From the NCBI GenBank assembly GCA_965235115.1, contig OZ249440.1:32118001-32182000 (forward strand): a stretch of DNA of 64,000 bases. Reading direction: 5' to 3'. The notes beneath the pieces were generated by a model that had not been told where the DNA came from, did no database searches, and saw only the letters and a list, made by a program, of their open reading frames with translations. Position numbers and translations under genes: made by a program. Numbering within the stretch: position 1 is the first letter of the stretch; each line of letters opens with the position of its first letter. This stretch comes from Laetmonice hystrix (Eukaryota). Positions 39,193-52,617 of this stretch are shown here, piece by piece.

Positions 39193-41648
39193 AGCCCCTT
39201 TCACAATTGTTGCACGACCAGTTCCCGACCACCTGCAACGAAAAATCGCTTCGTGCAAGTGATCGCCCCCGTTGCAGGGTCACAAGGGCACTTGTGGCTG
39301 TGGTCGTGGCTGGGTGTTTGACATGTGGGTCATTCCATGTCAAATCGACCAATTTTGGAAAATCTTCCCGGGGGACCATCTTCGATTTTTTTCAAATTTG
39401 GCATGCAGTTAGACCTGTGTATTTGCAGTACAATCCTAAAATTTTGCTCTAAAATACCCAACAGTCCCCGAGTTACACCCCGATAAGCGAGGGTGGGGGT
39501 ACCCCTGAACAAAGGACGTTTAATTCTGAGCCATTTTTAGAGGGCTACCATTCAGAAACTGTAAGAGCTGGCAACTTCTATTTTTCCCCACTGAAACTTC
39601 AATATGTAGAGACCAGGAAAAAGCAATAACATTTTATTTCTTTGCTTATTCCTTGGAGCACCATGCCCCCCAAAATAGAAAAAAAACACATCGGAGAAAA
39701 AAAAAATCAATATTCAAACATTTTTCATGCGAAGGTTATTTCTTGTAACTTCTTGATCTTTGGGGATTTGATTTATGGCTATATGAGGTGCATGTAGACA
39801 CCAAAATAATCTTCTAAAAATAGACACAGGTGGCGCCACTAGTGGCCAAAGTTGGCCGATCGCTAAATATGACCCATTTTGAGAGGCCATTTTACCTATG
39901 TTGCCAAGGTGGAAGAGCGTTGGGATATTTTTTCCTTGATAAAGCACATTTTTGCCATTAACAAAAACTAAGTCCCTAATCCCTTCCATACTTCCTTCTC
40001 TGTCAAATAATTTTTCAAATAATATCCTTTTGAGTAAAGTTCACGCTGTGACGGGACATGAGGTACGTTGTTTTTATATCATAAAATTTTTATTATTTGC
40101 CAAAGAATTCTTGAAAGTGGTAAATATCCTAAACTGTTGGTCTTTTGTAGATTTTTGTCTTTAAATTAATTAGTTAATTAATTAATTATAAATAAATTTA
40201 TTTTAATTAATTAAATTAAATTATTGATTTAGTAACTAAAAATCATAAAATATAATAATATAAAATAAAATATAAAAATAAATTATAAATTTATTCATAA
40301 TTAATTAATTACTTTAATAATTAATTTAAATACAAAAACCTTCAAAAGACCAACAGTTTAAGCTATTTACCACTTTCAAGAATTCTGTGGCAAATAATAA
40401 AAATTTTATGATATAAAAACAATGTACCTCGTATCTCCTCACAGCGTGAGCTTTACTAAAATGGATATTATTTGAAAAATTATTTGACAGGGAAGAAAGT
40501 ATGGAAGGGATTAGGGACTTAGTTTTCTTTAATGTCCAAAATGTGCTTTATCAAGGGAAAAATATCACAATGCTCTTCCACCTTGGCAACATAGGCAAAA
40601 TGGCCTGTCAAAATGGGTCATATTTAGCAATCGGCCAACTTTGGCCACTAGTGGCGCCACCTGTGTCTATTTTTAGAAGATTATTTTGGTGTTTGCATGC
40701 ACCTCATATACCCATAAATCAAATCCCCAAAGATCAAGAAGTTACAAGAAGGAACTTTTGCATAAAAATTTTTTGAATATTGAATTTTTTTTTCTCCGAT
40801 GTGTTTTTTTTTTATTTTGGGGGGCATGGTGCTCCAAGGAATAAGCAAAGAATTAAAATGTTATTACTTTTTCCTGGTCTCTACATATTAAAGTTTCAGT
40901 GGGCAAAAATACAAGTTGCCAGCTCTTATAATTTCTGAATGGCAGCCCTCTAAAAACGGCTCAGAAAAAGAAGCGTTTTTTTCAGGGGTACCCCCACCCA
41001 AACTCATGGGGGTATAACATGGGAACCGTTGGGAATTTGGAAGAAAAAATTCAGAAATGTACTTCAGATATATAGATCTAACTACATGCCAAATAAGAAA
41101 AAAATTGGAGATGGTCACCCGGGAGCCACTGGTCGATTTGACATGGAATGACCCATGTTAAAAAATCAGAGGCAACTTGGTGCGACCAAAATTATCGCAG
41201 TCCGTTGCACGACCATTGCACGATGGTCATGCGATCGATCGCACAACCGTGTGCGATCATGTACTACTGAAAGCTCGCACATGATCGGCCAGAGGTCATG
41301 CAACAGTCGCACGAGTGCTAGCGACCACTGGCGATAGTCGTGCGTCCTGAAAAATGTGTCCTGCAACCATTGCACAAGTGTATGCGACTCTTGGCAGGGG
41401 TATAAAAGGGAAGATGCTGTCCACAGTGACGTCAGCTCGCTCGCAATGGATTGTGCAACACTCATGTGGACGCACGATCGATCATACGAGCATATGCAAC
41501 TGGGTCGTGCAACACTCACATGTGGACACACGAACACAATCGCATTTGTGAAAGCTACTGCGATTCAGTTGCGATTCAAAAATAGTTTCACACGACCAGT
41601 TTGGCCATTTCGGTCACAATCGATCGTGCGCCAATTGTGAAAGGGGCT
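39193..41648. mobile_element. PIF/Harbinger-like non-autonomous element
   Basis: TIR agcccctttcacaattg / caattgtgaaaggggct with TAA TSD. Confidence 0.85.
39327..41154. mobile_element. Foldback element with ~830-bp TIRs (Sola2-like)
   Basis: gggtcattccatgtcaaatcgacc ends, ATGT 4-bp TSD and an AT-rich centre. Mirror ORFs at 39714-39989(-) and 40501-40776(+). Confidence 0.8.
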
Positions 41649-42249
41649 TAAGGAGGACACAAGTTAGACATATCTTTAAAAATGGCTGCTTGGTGGCCAT
41701 CTTGCATATAAAGAAATTTGAAGCAACAACATTCTCTGGATTTCGTTCTTGCTAACAGAAGGCATGAGGGGCACAAGCGTGCCAAAAGTACGCATAGTTC
41801 CTGCACCCACAGATAATTAGTCCCTACTCAGTTGGGGGCTGTGACTTCGACGGGGTTTTGTTCCATATTGACCAACCATGGTAACGAATTGATACATGAA
41901 AATCCTGCGGATATCTCCTACGATAAATCCAATGGGTAAATCGGCCCCTCACAATCTCATCTCTAACTGCTCGTCCATCATGTCGTTGGGAGGAGAACAT
42001 GAGACATCCACCTGAAATTTTATGCACATGCAGCACAGATGCCTCCGCATCATAACGACTCCACAACATTTTTTTTAAACAGTCTTCGCAAAAACCTAGA
42101 CCAGTCATGGCGAGTTTCTAGCAGAACAGTTCAAAAAGGGATAGGGCAACATTGTCTGATGACTTGGAGGTTCCAATTATATCTACCCATGATAACCGAC
42201 AATTTTATCGCATACACGTCATGTATGGGAGACACTTGTCATTAGTCAG

Positions 42250-43606
42250 GAATGGAGTTGCATCCAGTCTACCATTATGTGAATACATTTCGTGGATATA
42301 AATATTCTGTTGTGCAGCATGTATACAAAATGTCCCGTACCTGTTTTGCTAAGACATGACAGTGCATCTTCAGGATACAGAAAGTGAGGGCAATAATGTT
42401 TCTTGCCCTCATCTGTGCAGCATTGTACTGTTCTTGTGGTCGTGTCACTGGATTTGTAAAAGGTGTGATTGCTGGATTGGGTAACCAGAATCTCCAACCA
42501 GCCAGCCGTTGCACTGCCCATCTTCAAACTTAGCACAGAGCTGAGTTATTCCAGACATATGCACCATATGCACTTCCTGCGTATCTTGCCATGACATCTG
42601 TGAATTGGAGTCACACATCAAACACAGCTTGAACATTAATGTAATGCACTGGCGGATCCAGGATTTCACTAAAGGGGGGGCACAGAAAAGTAATTCATGA
42701 TTGTTTAATTGTCTAATTAAAGCTGAATGCTCTTGAATGAGAGTTTTAGAGGTATACGGTATAGGCCTACACAATAGCTCGGGGTTTCCCTGAGATAAAA
42801 TTATTGTTAAAATTATTTAAAAATGAGTAGGCTATAGCGTGTATATGCCTAGAATCTATGACTGAAGCTAAGGGGGGGGGGGACGTGCCCCCTGTGCCCC
42901 CCTCTGGATCCGCCTTTGGAATGGTAGCCTTTCCTGCATACGTACGAATGTTCATCCTCTGATGGAGCTGTGATAGGCGAAAGTGTCCCAACTATTCTGC
43001 CGTGAAATGACAAAAGGAAGCAAGTCTAACTTTCATCAAAATCGACTTAAGTGCAAATTTGGATTTAGGGAAGTAAGCCCTATCTGTCAATGGGTGTATT
43101 TCTGCTAAACATCCTTCTATGAAGCTATCAGTCGCATGACAGAAGCAAGCATGTCCATCCAACTGCACTGTAGAGACAACTTGTTTATGTCCATTTCTCG
43201 AAACTTGAACTTTTGGACTTGTTTCCTTTTGTCATTTCACGGCAGTATTGTGTTCGGAAAGCCAGACATCTCATGGAAATCTTGTTTCATTGCTTGCCAT
43301 TCATCTGCTCGGCTAGGAAATGCGATGTACTCATGTGCATGTGTCAGTGAAGTGATGGACAGTTCGTGAAACGGATGACTTTCTTATCCCGTGGGTATCA
43401 CCCACAACCTGGAAGCAAGTGGCCAGGAACCGCAATGCTGTGAACACTTACGTGCTTGTGGCCAGAGGGTTGCTACGGTTTGTTGGGAGCTTTAGGTGTT
43501 CATGAAGCAAGTCGCACAGGTCCAAGATAGCTACTCGATTAAGCCTGTATTTTGATATTATTTCCTCATCACTTAGTTCAAGAGGGTTAAGCCTGTCACG
43601 GAACAT
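42250..43606 (-). pseudogene. HARBI1-like PIF/Harbinger transposase pseudogene
   Basis: MFRDRLNPLELSDEEIISKYRL, TALRFLAT, YVCRKGYH/INVQAV (split by a MITE at 42647-42918), WLVGDSGYP, TPFTNP...EQYNAAQMRARNII. Confidence 0.85.
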
Positions 43607-44055
43607 GCGTTCACGTCACATTCGTCGCTGGCAATCCTCTTGTAGGAGCAACAGTGCTGCTATTTTCTCTAGCCAGAGCAAGGGACTGACCTAATCTCAA
43701 TCCCGTAGCAGGCTGCCTGACAGTACTGCTCACCGGTACTGCGAAAGCTTCGTGAAATAGGCTTATGGGCTTGGTGGCCATCTTGGATGTAAACACATTT
43801 TGAGCAATAACTCAGCCAAAACAGCCACGATTTCTTTCAAACATGGTGGAGGGACAAGGCATAATGATGGCCAATAAGCATCACAATGAAATTTCAATTC
43901 AGATCCAAAATGACGACATGGCGGCCATATTTGTTTCTTGATCCCCACCTTGACACTGTTTTGGACACAGATAGGAAGTCATATTTGAAGTTTCCTTTGG
44001 TATTTTATTTTACCTCAAGTGAAGGTCAAAGGTCATTCAAGGTCGCACACCTTTT

Positions 44056-47000
44056 TAGTCGGCTGAAAATATGGTTTTACCCCAAAAAAATTGCTACAAA
44101 AGGTTTCTCAACGGTTTTCTGTAGTATCAGGTGGCCTTAATAACATATCAAAAGTCTACCACAGTCTGACTATGGGAAAGGTCTACTTTTCAAGATGGCG
44201 TCCAAGATGGCCACCAAATCCTTAAAATGACCATTACTCTTTCATTATTCATCATAGACAAGTAATTTTGGTGCCTAACCCCATGTTTTGGGGATCTAGG
44301 AATCTAATTAGCATATTTAAATTAAAGTGAAGTGATTCCATCATTGTTAAATCCAAGATGGCGGACCAATATGGCCGCTAAACTACGAAAATGCCCATGA
44401 CTCCTTTACTATTCATCCTAGACAAGTAATTTTGGTGCCTAACCCCATGTTTTGGGGATCTAGGATTCTAATTAGCATATTTAAATTATAGTGAAGTGAT
44501 TACATCATTGTTAAATCCAAGATGGCGGACCAATATGGCCGCTAATCTACGAAAATGCCCATGACTCCTTCATTATTCATCCTAGACAAGTAATTTTGGT
44601 GCCTAACCCCATGTTTTGGGGATCTAGGAATCCAATTAGCATATTTAAATTATAGTGAAGTGATTACATTAAATTGTTAAATCCAAGATGGCGGACCAAT
44701 ATGGCCGCTAATCTACGAAAATGCCCATGAATCCTTCATAATTCACCATAGACAAGTAATTTTGGTGTCTAACCCCATGTTTTTGAGATCTAGGAATCCA
44801 ATTAGCATATTTAAATTATTGATTACATTAAATTGTTAAATCCAAGATCCCCTTTTGGGGGATCTAGGAATCCAATTAGCATATTTTAATTATAGTGAAG
44901 TGATTACAATAATTTTTACAAAGTGATTACAAATCCCATAATTTACAAACACGAGTATGTCGTAGTATACGACGGAAGTTTAATGTTCCCCCTAAAACAA
45001 CACACAACATAAACAAGGAACAACAAACAAATTTTTTAAGATATGCGTAGGGTAAATGTCCATCAACGTCTTTAGGTGCAAGAGGATGTGGGGGAAATGC
45101 AGCGAGCTCACCCCCAAAATATTGTCAACAGTATAGCAGTGGTGGGTGGGAGGTAAAAATTCCGTGCAAACGGCTGACCGCCAGATCACCAAGCGTCACA
45201 CCTGAAGGGTGCAAATGGCGAGGGCGGCAATGCACAGAATCGTCAGTGTCACTCGATTATCGGCGCAGGTGAATTCATTGTCAATTATCGGCAATGCCAA
45301 ACCATTACCCACCAATATTTATTTCTGAAAAATACCTTTGATCTGCACCAGATTTACAAATAGTCTTTGTCACATGCTTCCTCCCATAAAGGTTAATTAT
45401 GTAGATTCTCACAACTTTCAACTTGACATGGTCCACAAGCGGGCGTCCATGGCAGTCCATATCTTCTGCAACTACACCGTGGTGTTTGGCAGGCAGTTGT
45501 GCAATTACAGTGGACCATCTGTATGCGGCTTCCTGGGGCAGCAGTTTTCTTGGTCAGAACTGGCACGAACCGACTGCCATCCAGTTTCCATCCCCAATCC
45601 ACCACATTCATGTCACTCTCCTTTCCAATCAACACCATGATCTGGGCTCAGCAAGACTTACTTAGGCTGGTTAATAACCAGATCATTAAGTTAACATAGC
45701 AGTGAATGGTGGTTGTAACCAGTAGCCTTCCAGTCCTATATGTTAATGTAACGATCTGGTTATTAACCAGCCAGAGTAAGACGGGCAAAGCAGACCAGAC
45801 AATCAGAAGCGTTAACCCTAAACTTAAGTAAGATCTTAAGATTTTAGGAACTGGGCCCTGGTAATACACTCTAAGGTAATGATATTTAGTTGAGGACTCA
45901 GTAGGAGGAAGACGTTCTGACTTGGCGGCAATAATTTTTTTGCTAAAAAGATTGTGGCAAATGAATCGGTACTCACCAAACAGAATTGCCATCGCCTTGC
46001 TCCCGAGGTCCTCTATGACATTGTTTTCTTGATTTGGGAGCAGAAATCGACCACCCAGACCTGTCCGAATGCATTCCTGCTCCCAAATCAAGCACCGTAC
46101 CAATTACCGATTCACCTGCCTCTTTGCACTACAATCTTTTTAGCAAGAAAATGGTTTCCGCCAAGTCTCCCTCCTACTGAGTCCTCTACTAAATATCATT
46201 AGAATGATATTTAGTAGAGGACTCATGTATTACCAGATCATGGTCTGGATTGGAAAAACGAGTGACATGATGAATGTGGTGGATTGGGGATGGAAACTGG
46301 ATGGCAGTCGGTTCATGCCAGTTCTGACCAAGAAAACTGCTGCCCCAGGAAGCCGCATACAGATGGTCCACTGTAATGGTACCACTGCCTGCCAAACACC
46401 ACGGTGTAGTTGCAGAAGATACGAACTACCATGGACGCCCGCTTGTGGACCATGTCAAGTCGAAAGTAGTTAGAATCCTCATAATCTACCTTTATAGGAG
46501 GGAGAGTGTGACAATGACTATAGATCTGTAATTTTATCTGGTGCAGGTCAAAGGTATTTTTCAGAAATAAATATTATGGGATTTATAATTGTAATCACTT
46601 CACTATAATTAAAATATGCAAATTGAATTCCTAGATCCTCAAAACATGGGGTTAGGCACCAAAATTACTTGTCCAGGATGAATAATGAAGGAGTCATGGG
46701 CATTTTCGTAGTTTGGCAGCCATATTGTGTTGCCATCTTGGATTTAATAATTTAATGTAATCACTTCACTATAATTTAAATATGATAATTGGATTCCTAG
46801 ACCTCAAAAACATGGGGTTAGACACCAAAATTACTTGTCTAGAGTGGATTATGAAGGATTCATGGGCATTTAAGTAGTTTAACGGCCATATTTTTCCGCT
46901 ATCTTGGATTTAACAATGATGTAATCACTTCACTATAATTTAAATATGCTAATTAGATTCCTAGATCCCCAAAACATGGGGGTAGACACCAAAATTACTT

Positions 47001-47378
47001 GTCTAGGATGAATAGTAAAGGAGTCATGGGCATTTTCGTAGTTTAGCAGCCATATTGGTCCGCCATATTGGATTTAACAATGATGTAATCGCTTCACTAT
47101 AATTTAAATATGCTAATTGGATTCCTAGATCCCCAAAACATGGGGTTAGGCACCAAAGTTACTTGTCTAGGATGAATAATAAAGGAGTAATGGTCATTTT
47201 AAGGATTTGGTGGCCATCTTGGACGCCATCTTGAAAATTAGACCTTTCCCATGGTCAGACTGTGGTAGACTTTTGATATGTTATTAAGCCCACCTGATAC
47301 TACAGAAAACCGTTGAGAAACCTTTTGTAGCAATTTTTTGGGGGTAAGGTGGGGTTTTTTCATAAATGCAGCCGTCTA
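44056..47378. mobile_element. Palindromic Academ-like derivative with two inverted copies of the transposase 3' end
   Basis: TAG...CTA termini with a TTT 3-bp TSD and subterminal ~165-bp tandem repeats. LPPT...YYQ...W...WGW...AP...CNC...C...CSC Cys-rich coding occurs on both strands (45393-45920 minus, 46160-46473 plus). Confidence 0.75.
45645..45857. mobile_element. Harbinger-like MITE in the left Academ arm
   Basis: ggctcag / ctgggcc ends with CTG TSD. Removal restores the YYQIMV coding seen in the other arm. Confidence 0.75.
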
Positions 47379-47864
47379 TTTAAATGATTTGTATCTTGCC
47401 TTATTATTTGCAATGGCCTGTATCTCCAAAACAATAAAGATTACACAATTATCATGGACGGTCTGAGGATGATGCATGTCAAGTAGAGGTGTGATATAAC
47501 TCAAAATGGTGCATTACATCTTATTGGATGTAAACGCATTTCAAGCAATAACACGGACAAAATAATCTCGATTTCTTTCAAATGTCAAGAGATATGAGGT
47601 GCTGTCAAGAGACATGAGGGGCACAATGAATTGCAATGTATTAGTTACTAAGATGCAGACGAAGTACATACGAAGTTTCATTTGACAATATTTTCTTTGC
47701 CCTTCAAAGATCAATTGAAGTCGGGGCCGGGGGTGGCGCAGTGGTTAGAGCATGGGACCTTTAATCCAAAGGTTCTGGGTTCGAGCCGCAGCCACGCCGG
47801 ACTTTCCCGCATAGCAGTGCTGCTGACTGCTTTATCAAAAGGCCGGACGTGTCACGATACGTCT

Positions 47865-50403
47865 CATTCGGAACACCAAGCCCTTTACGATGTAGAGAGA
47901 CTCGGATACCAATCGGAGGTCGCCATATTGGGTCAGATGGGGTCAGCGCACTAATAGGGGGTTTAAGCAGGCCACCATAGCCGCTACGCTAACGTATCCG
48001 CTAACCTATCGCGCCTCTGACGTCATCAGTTTGTGTGCTCCCACATAGGTAATGAGGCAGGAACGTACGTTTGGAACGCATCAAGACTATCTGTTACGTA
48101 TGCCTACTCCCTATCTGTTTCATAGCTAATCGGCGATGCCAATTTTTTTAATAAAGGGCAAGATCGATACGTAACTATGTTAATCAAGTTGGCATGGCTT
48201 TAGAATAAGTTAGAATGGACTATTTTTTTTAGATTTCTGAGGGTCCCCAACCCCGCACTAATCGCAGGTTCAAGGCGTGGGCGCCGCGTGTCACTGGCGT
48301 ATATATGCCTACCCCCTATCTGTTTTATAGCTGATCGGCGATGCAAAAGTTTCCAGTAAAGGCTAAGATCAATAACTAACTATATAATTCAAGTCCTCAG
48401 GGCTCCCAAAGTAATTAAGATTGAGTAATTTCCTAGAAATGAAGATATTTCTGAGGGTACCCTCCCTCGCAGAGCCCGTCGGGACCGGGCCAAGACATGA
48501 GAGCCCTGCCGCCTGTGCTAAAGCAGAGCACCGTCACCTTGCCTCACTATTGCCGGTCTCGTGTCTGTGCTGATGACCCACTTTCTTTATAATCTCCACG
48601 CCGTGCTTAATCTCTTTCGCGCTCAACGCTAACGTAAGTGACACTGTACGTCTCTTGATAAGAGGTACGGTTACGTTCCAGCGATAGGTTGGACTGCTTA
48701 AACTCACTATTGTCGTAGCGTCCCATGTAAACAACAATGGCGGCCACTCGCCAGTGTCTGGGCTGTGGTGCTGTCAATAGACGGCTTTCTTCGTTAGTTG
48801 TCCAAAAAACTGAAACCGAATTTGTCACGGATTGTAGCCTTTCTTGACAATGACATTAGCCATGAAAACGTGGATTATTCCTTATTTAGCATGTATGATC
48901 CGTGCGATAAGAGAATCGAATCAAGGTAGCCACTCAAACCATGTCAAACCGTTACACGCCACCGTTGAATTGTCACACCCGTTTAATAATACAGACCTGC
49001 CAAGTCCCCCGGTTTCACCGGGGGACTCCCGGTTTTTAACCTGATCCCCCGTCCCCCCGGTATGTCACAATTTTCTCACGGTAAATTGAAAACTCATGTA
49101 TGCACACGAATGTACACAAAACACAAGAAAAAAGATAGATTGGACAATTGTTTTTAAGTACATGTAGCAACTAGATCTATATGCAACGCAGAACACTAAA
49201 AAAGGATAGGCCTACATAAAGAGAAAAGAAACAACATAAGGAGCAGATGTCTTAGGACAATTTTTTATTTTAAATTTACTAAACTGATGGGAGGCCTATG
49301 TAAGTTGTGTAACTCATGTGTAGAATGTAGTGGCTCCATACTAACGTTTCTCCCCCACTCATAGGTCTATATCAGCTTCATAATGTAGTCTCCAGGTTTT
49401 CCCCCCAAAATCTCCAGGTTTTGCCCCCAAAATCCCCCGGTTTTCCTCCCAATTTCCAGGTTTTTGGACACCAATCTCCCGGTTTCTTCTCTCTGTAGGT
49501 TGGCAGGTCTGAATAATACGCAAATAATACGGCAAATCCATACTCAAAGTGGTTCAATATTATGAGCCAGGGCGACTCGGAACCCGCGGGCCGCCAGGGC
49601 CGTTCTAGCTGTCCCCACCGGGAGCCACCCGTACAGCCCTACAGAGCTGTCGCGAAGTTAGCCGGGTCCCCAGCTCTATATTAACTTCGTATATAGAGCC
49701 TGGTGACGGCCAATCGAAGCAAGCGTTGTGATTCGCCCATTGAAAACATGGACGCAAACGAGGTATAGTTCCGTACCCTCCGTATTTCTCCAACAAGACA
49801 CAAATGTTTTCGTCAATCCCTTTAAAATACAAGTGTTAAATGTCCTCGCTTTTCTGGATGTAAACATAGCGTCACCAGTCCCCACACCTGCTACGGTCTG
49901 CATACGCAGGGGCATGTTGCTATTGTTGGCCACTCCCGGCCACGCTCCAAGCAGAAGTCAATCACTCTGTTAACGCTGACCAACGGACCGGAGGCGGAAG
50001 TGATTAGCTCCGAGGCGGAAGTGCTTGGAGCTCACCACTTCCGTTTTACAGCTTTCTGTTAGCCATCACCGGGCCTAACATCAAGCGGATGCGTATGGTA
50101 AGGCACCAGGGACCAGGCTATCGCGAAGTGGCCGGGTCATTTTATTTGATTGATCTATGTTTGGTCAAAGTTGTTAACATAACAACAACTTTATAATGAT
50201 ATCTGGTCTATATGAGTTACTAACACCATTAATAGAGGCTCTAACCACTATATATATAAGGGACTCAATTTCTACTGGCATCTCACTACCTGTGCCAGTC
50301 TTGTGTCATTGCGCACTGGGGCGATACATGGAATCCATGTATATTAATGTCCGAGTCCACAACTAGCGAAGTGACCGGAAGTTGGGCCGAGGTTTTCCGA
50401 ATG
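47865..50403. mobile_element. Non-autonomous DNA element with short TIRs and 9-bp TSD (MULE- or Merlin-like TSD length)
   Basis: TIR cattcggaacacc / ggttttccgaatg, with GATACGTCT at 47856-47864 and 50404-50412. Confidence 0.85.
48992..49511. mobile_element. CAGACCTGCCAA-TIR MITE with 7-bp TSD
   Basis: cagacctgccaa / ttggcaggtctg, with AATAATA on both sides. Confidence 0.85.
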
Positions 50404-50700
50404 GATACGTCTATGTGGAGGGGCAAGTTAAAGATCCCTTTGCATCTATCAATAAGAGTGGTGGTTCGCTCCGATGCCAGGTTTCCTCCTATCATCTCAT
50501 CATTATCACCCAACGGATTTCACCGACTGAGTTAGTTACCTTGTTCTCGCCCTGAAATAGCTGAAATACTGCTGACTGGGCGTTAAACACCAACTACTCA
50601 CTCACTTACTCAATTGAAGTCATGCATCGTTTGTTCAAGAATCCATAGTTCTTGGTGGGGGCTATAAGTTTCACAAGCTTGTTCTAAGATAATCCCCTTA

Positions 50701-51528
50701 TATCGGGTGGATAAAAAAAAACGCCCCGAACTTCAAACTTTAATATTTCAAGAACTATGTATTATAATTCAATAAAATTTCTCTTAATATAACTTCATGA
50801 TATTATCTCTTGTATGTTAAAGGTTAAGCTCAATAGCTTTGATATTAATCCCGTGGCGTTAAAAACAAAAGTCATTGTCTCAAAGCGCAATGCCGGAATT
50901 AGGTCAAATATCATGCAGCTGCCAGGTGTCCAATTTGACACCTGTTTGATGCACCGCATTGTACCTTGGGTAAAAAAGTTTTCAATATTTAGTTTTTGCA
51001 TGTTTTACAATATGTATAACGTTGTGGACCACTAGATTAGATTAATAAATTATGTGCTATTCCTAATACTTCTAGAGAAAACCAGATGTTTACTGTGCCA
51101 AACCCTACAGAGAAACTGCAACATTAGGACGATATGACTGTAACGAGAAGTTCAAGGGAAATCGTATCATTATCACGTTTAGAAACACGTTCAGAACGTT
51201 GCGTATTTCCCAATGTGCATTAGCTCATGGAAAAACAGACTGAGAGCAGTATGAAGTGAAAACCTGGGACCGATTGACCACCTACTCTAGTGTGAGGCCA
51301 GGCACTCTGGTGCAACCACCACTCGCTTTAGCCCGGCATTGCACTTTTGTACAATGATTTTTGTTTTTAGCGCTACGGAAATATTATCCAAGCTATTGAG
51401 TTGTAACATTAACAACTAAGAGACAACATCATGAAGTGATATTAAGAAAAATGTCATTGAATTACAATCATTACTTTTTGAAATATTGAAGTTTAAATTT
51501 CGGGGCGTTTTTTTTTATCCACCCGATA
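50701..51528. mobile_element. Tc1/mariner-like MITE
   Basis: TIR of about 50 bp, tatcgggtggataaaaaaaaacgccccgaa..., with TA TSD. Confidence 0.85.
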
Positions 51529-51559
51529 TATGCGCCTGATTTTGTAGTTCTCAAACCAC

Positions 51560-52090
51560 AACTGTGACGTAACAAGGGGAGAATCGTGAAAGATCTGCGA
51601 GTGATTTTCCACTGATCATGAATGTGACAACACCCTGTGAGAAATCTGTGACATCACTGTGACATAGTTCTAAAATCATAGATCTGTGACGTCGCATGGT
51701 GAGAAACTTTCGAGATCTGTATGAGATTTTTCACGGATCACGAGTATGACATCACGCTGTGAGAAACTCGTGACATCACTGTGACGTAGTTCTAAAGTCA
51801 TATCTGTGACGTGACATGGTGAGAATCTTGTGAGATCTGTGTAAGACTTTTCACGGATCACGATTGTGATATCACTGTGTGAGAAGCTAGTGACGTTGCT
51901 GTGACGTAGTTCTGAGATTATATCTGTGACGTCACATGGTGAGCATTTTGTGAGATCTGTCTGAGATTTTCCATGGACCACGAAAATGAAATCACTGTGT
52001 GAGGAACTTGTGATGTCACTGTGACGAAGTTCTGGGATTTTTACATCACTGTGAGCTCACTTAGAGATCACAAATGTGATGTCAGCATCA
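51560..52090. repeat. Degenerate ~120-bp tandem repeat rich in gtgac/tcac
   Basis: Recurring gtgacatcactgtgacgtagttct...catggtgag...gagatctgt with ~120-bp period. Confidence 0.85.
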
Positions 52091-52617
52091 GATATTTCTC
52101 ATGTCATGCATGTCAATTTAAAGGGTGCCTGCTTCTCTAAAGAAACACCTTTTTAGAATTACAGCTTGGAATTGATGCCCTCCCCTGTCTGGTACGCCAA
52201 TGAATGGATGCGTGTCCTAGTCTACTGTCCCTCTTGACTAAACAGTATGCCTAGTGAAACTAAAAATTAGAAACCGTACAAGCCATTTTCAATGAGGTTG
52301 TGCTGGAGAAGGTTATTTCAAAGACACACAAGAAGTGCATCTCCTTGAGACGGGTATAGGGATTTGGTTCAATGACACATCCTGTTTTATGATTCTGTCT
52401 TCAACACTTCGACTGTTTTCATTCTGTTACATAACCATCCATTTTATTACTTCCCATTACTCTTTATGATTTTCTGGTTAAGAACTTGACACTTACATGG
52501 TGTGACATTAATGAAAAAGCTACTTGCTTTTCTCGTTGAATGTATAAAAGGGACCTATCTATCACAACAGAAAAAGTTAATATTTTTAATTGTGCCCTCT
52601 CTCTTGCCGCTGGTCAG

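Larger units (their letters stand above)
47723..50609 (+). mobile_element. Same SINE family, split by a 2.5-kb DNA element (SINE parts 47723-47864 and 50404-50609)
   Basis: tRNA-like head at 47723-47790. 12-bp TSD TCAATTGAAGTC at 47711-47722 and 50610-50621. Confidence 0.9.

Noticed and set aside
39714..40776. Pair of near-identical 91-aa ORFs on opposite strands
   Set aside because: They are mirror images within foldback TIRs, with no recognisable domain.
42445..42520. GDSG motif as the missing protease catalytic-serine exon
   Set aside because: It is on the wrong strand and out of order. The WLVGDSGYP context is the Harbinger transposase motif.
47723..47795. tRNA gene (Lys-like anticodon loop)
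   Set aside because: The acceptor stem is poor and the sequence continues directly into a SINE body bounded by a 12-bp TSD, so it is a SINE head.
49676..49933. THAP-like ORF inside the 9-bp-TSD element
   Set aside because: Only a vague Cys/His pattern, and the C2CH spacing cannot be recovered by eye.
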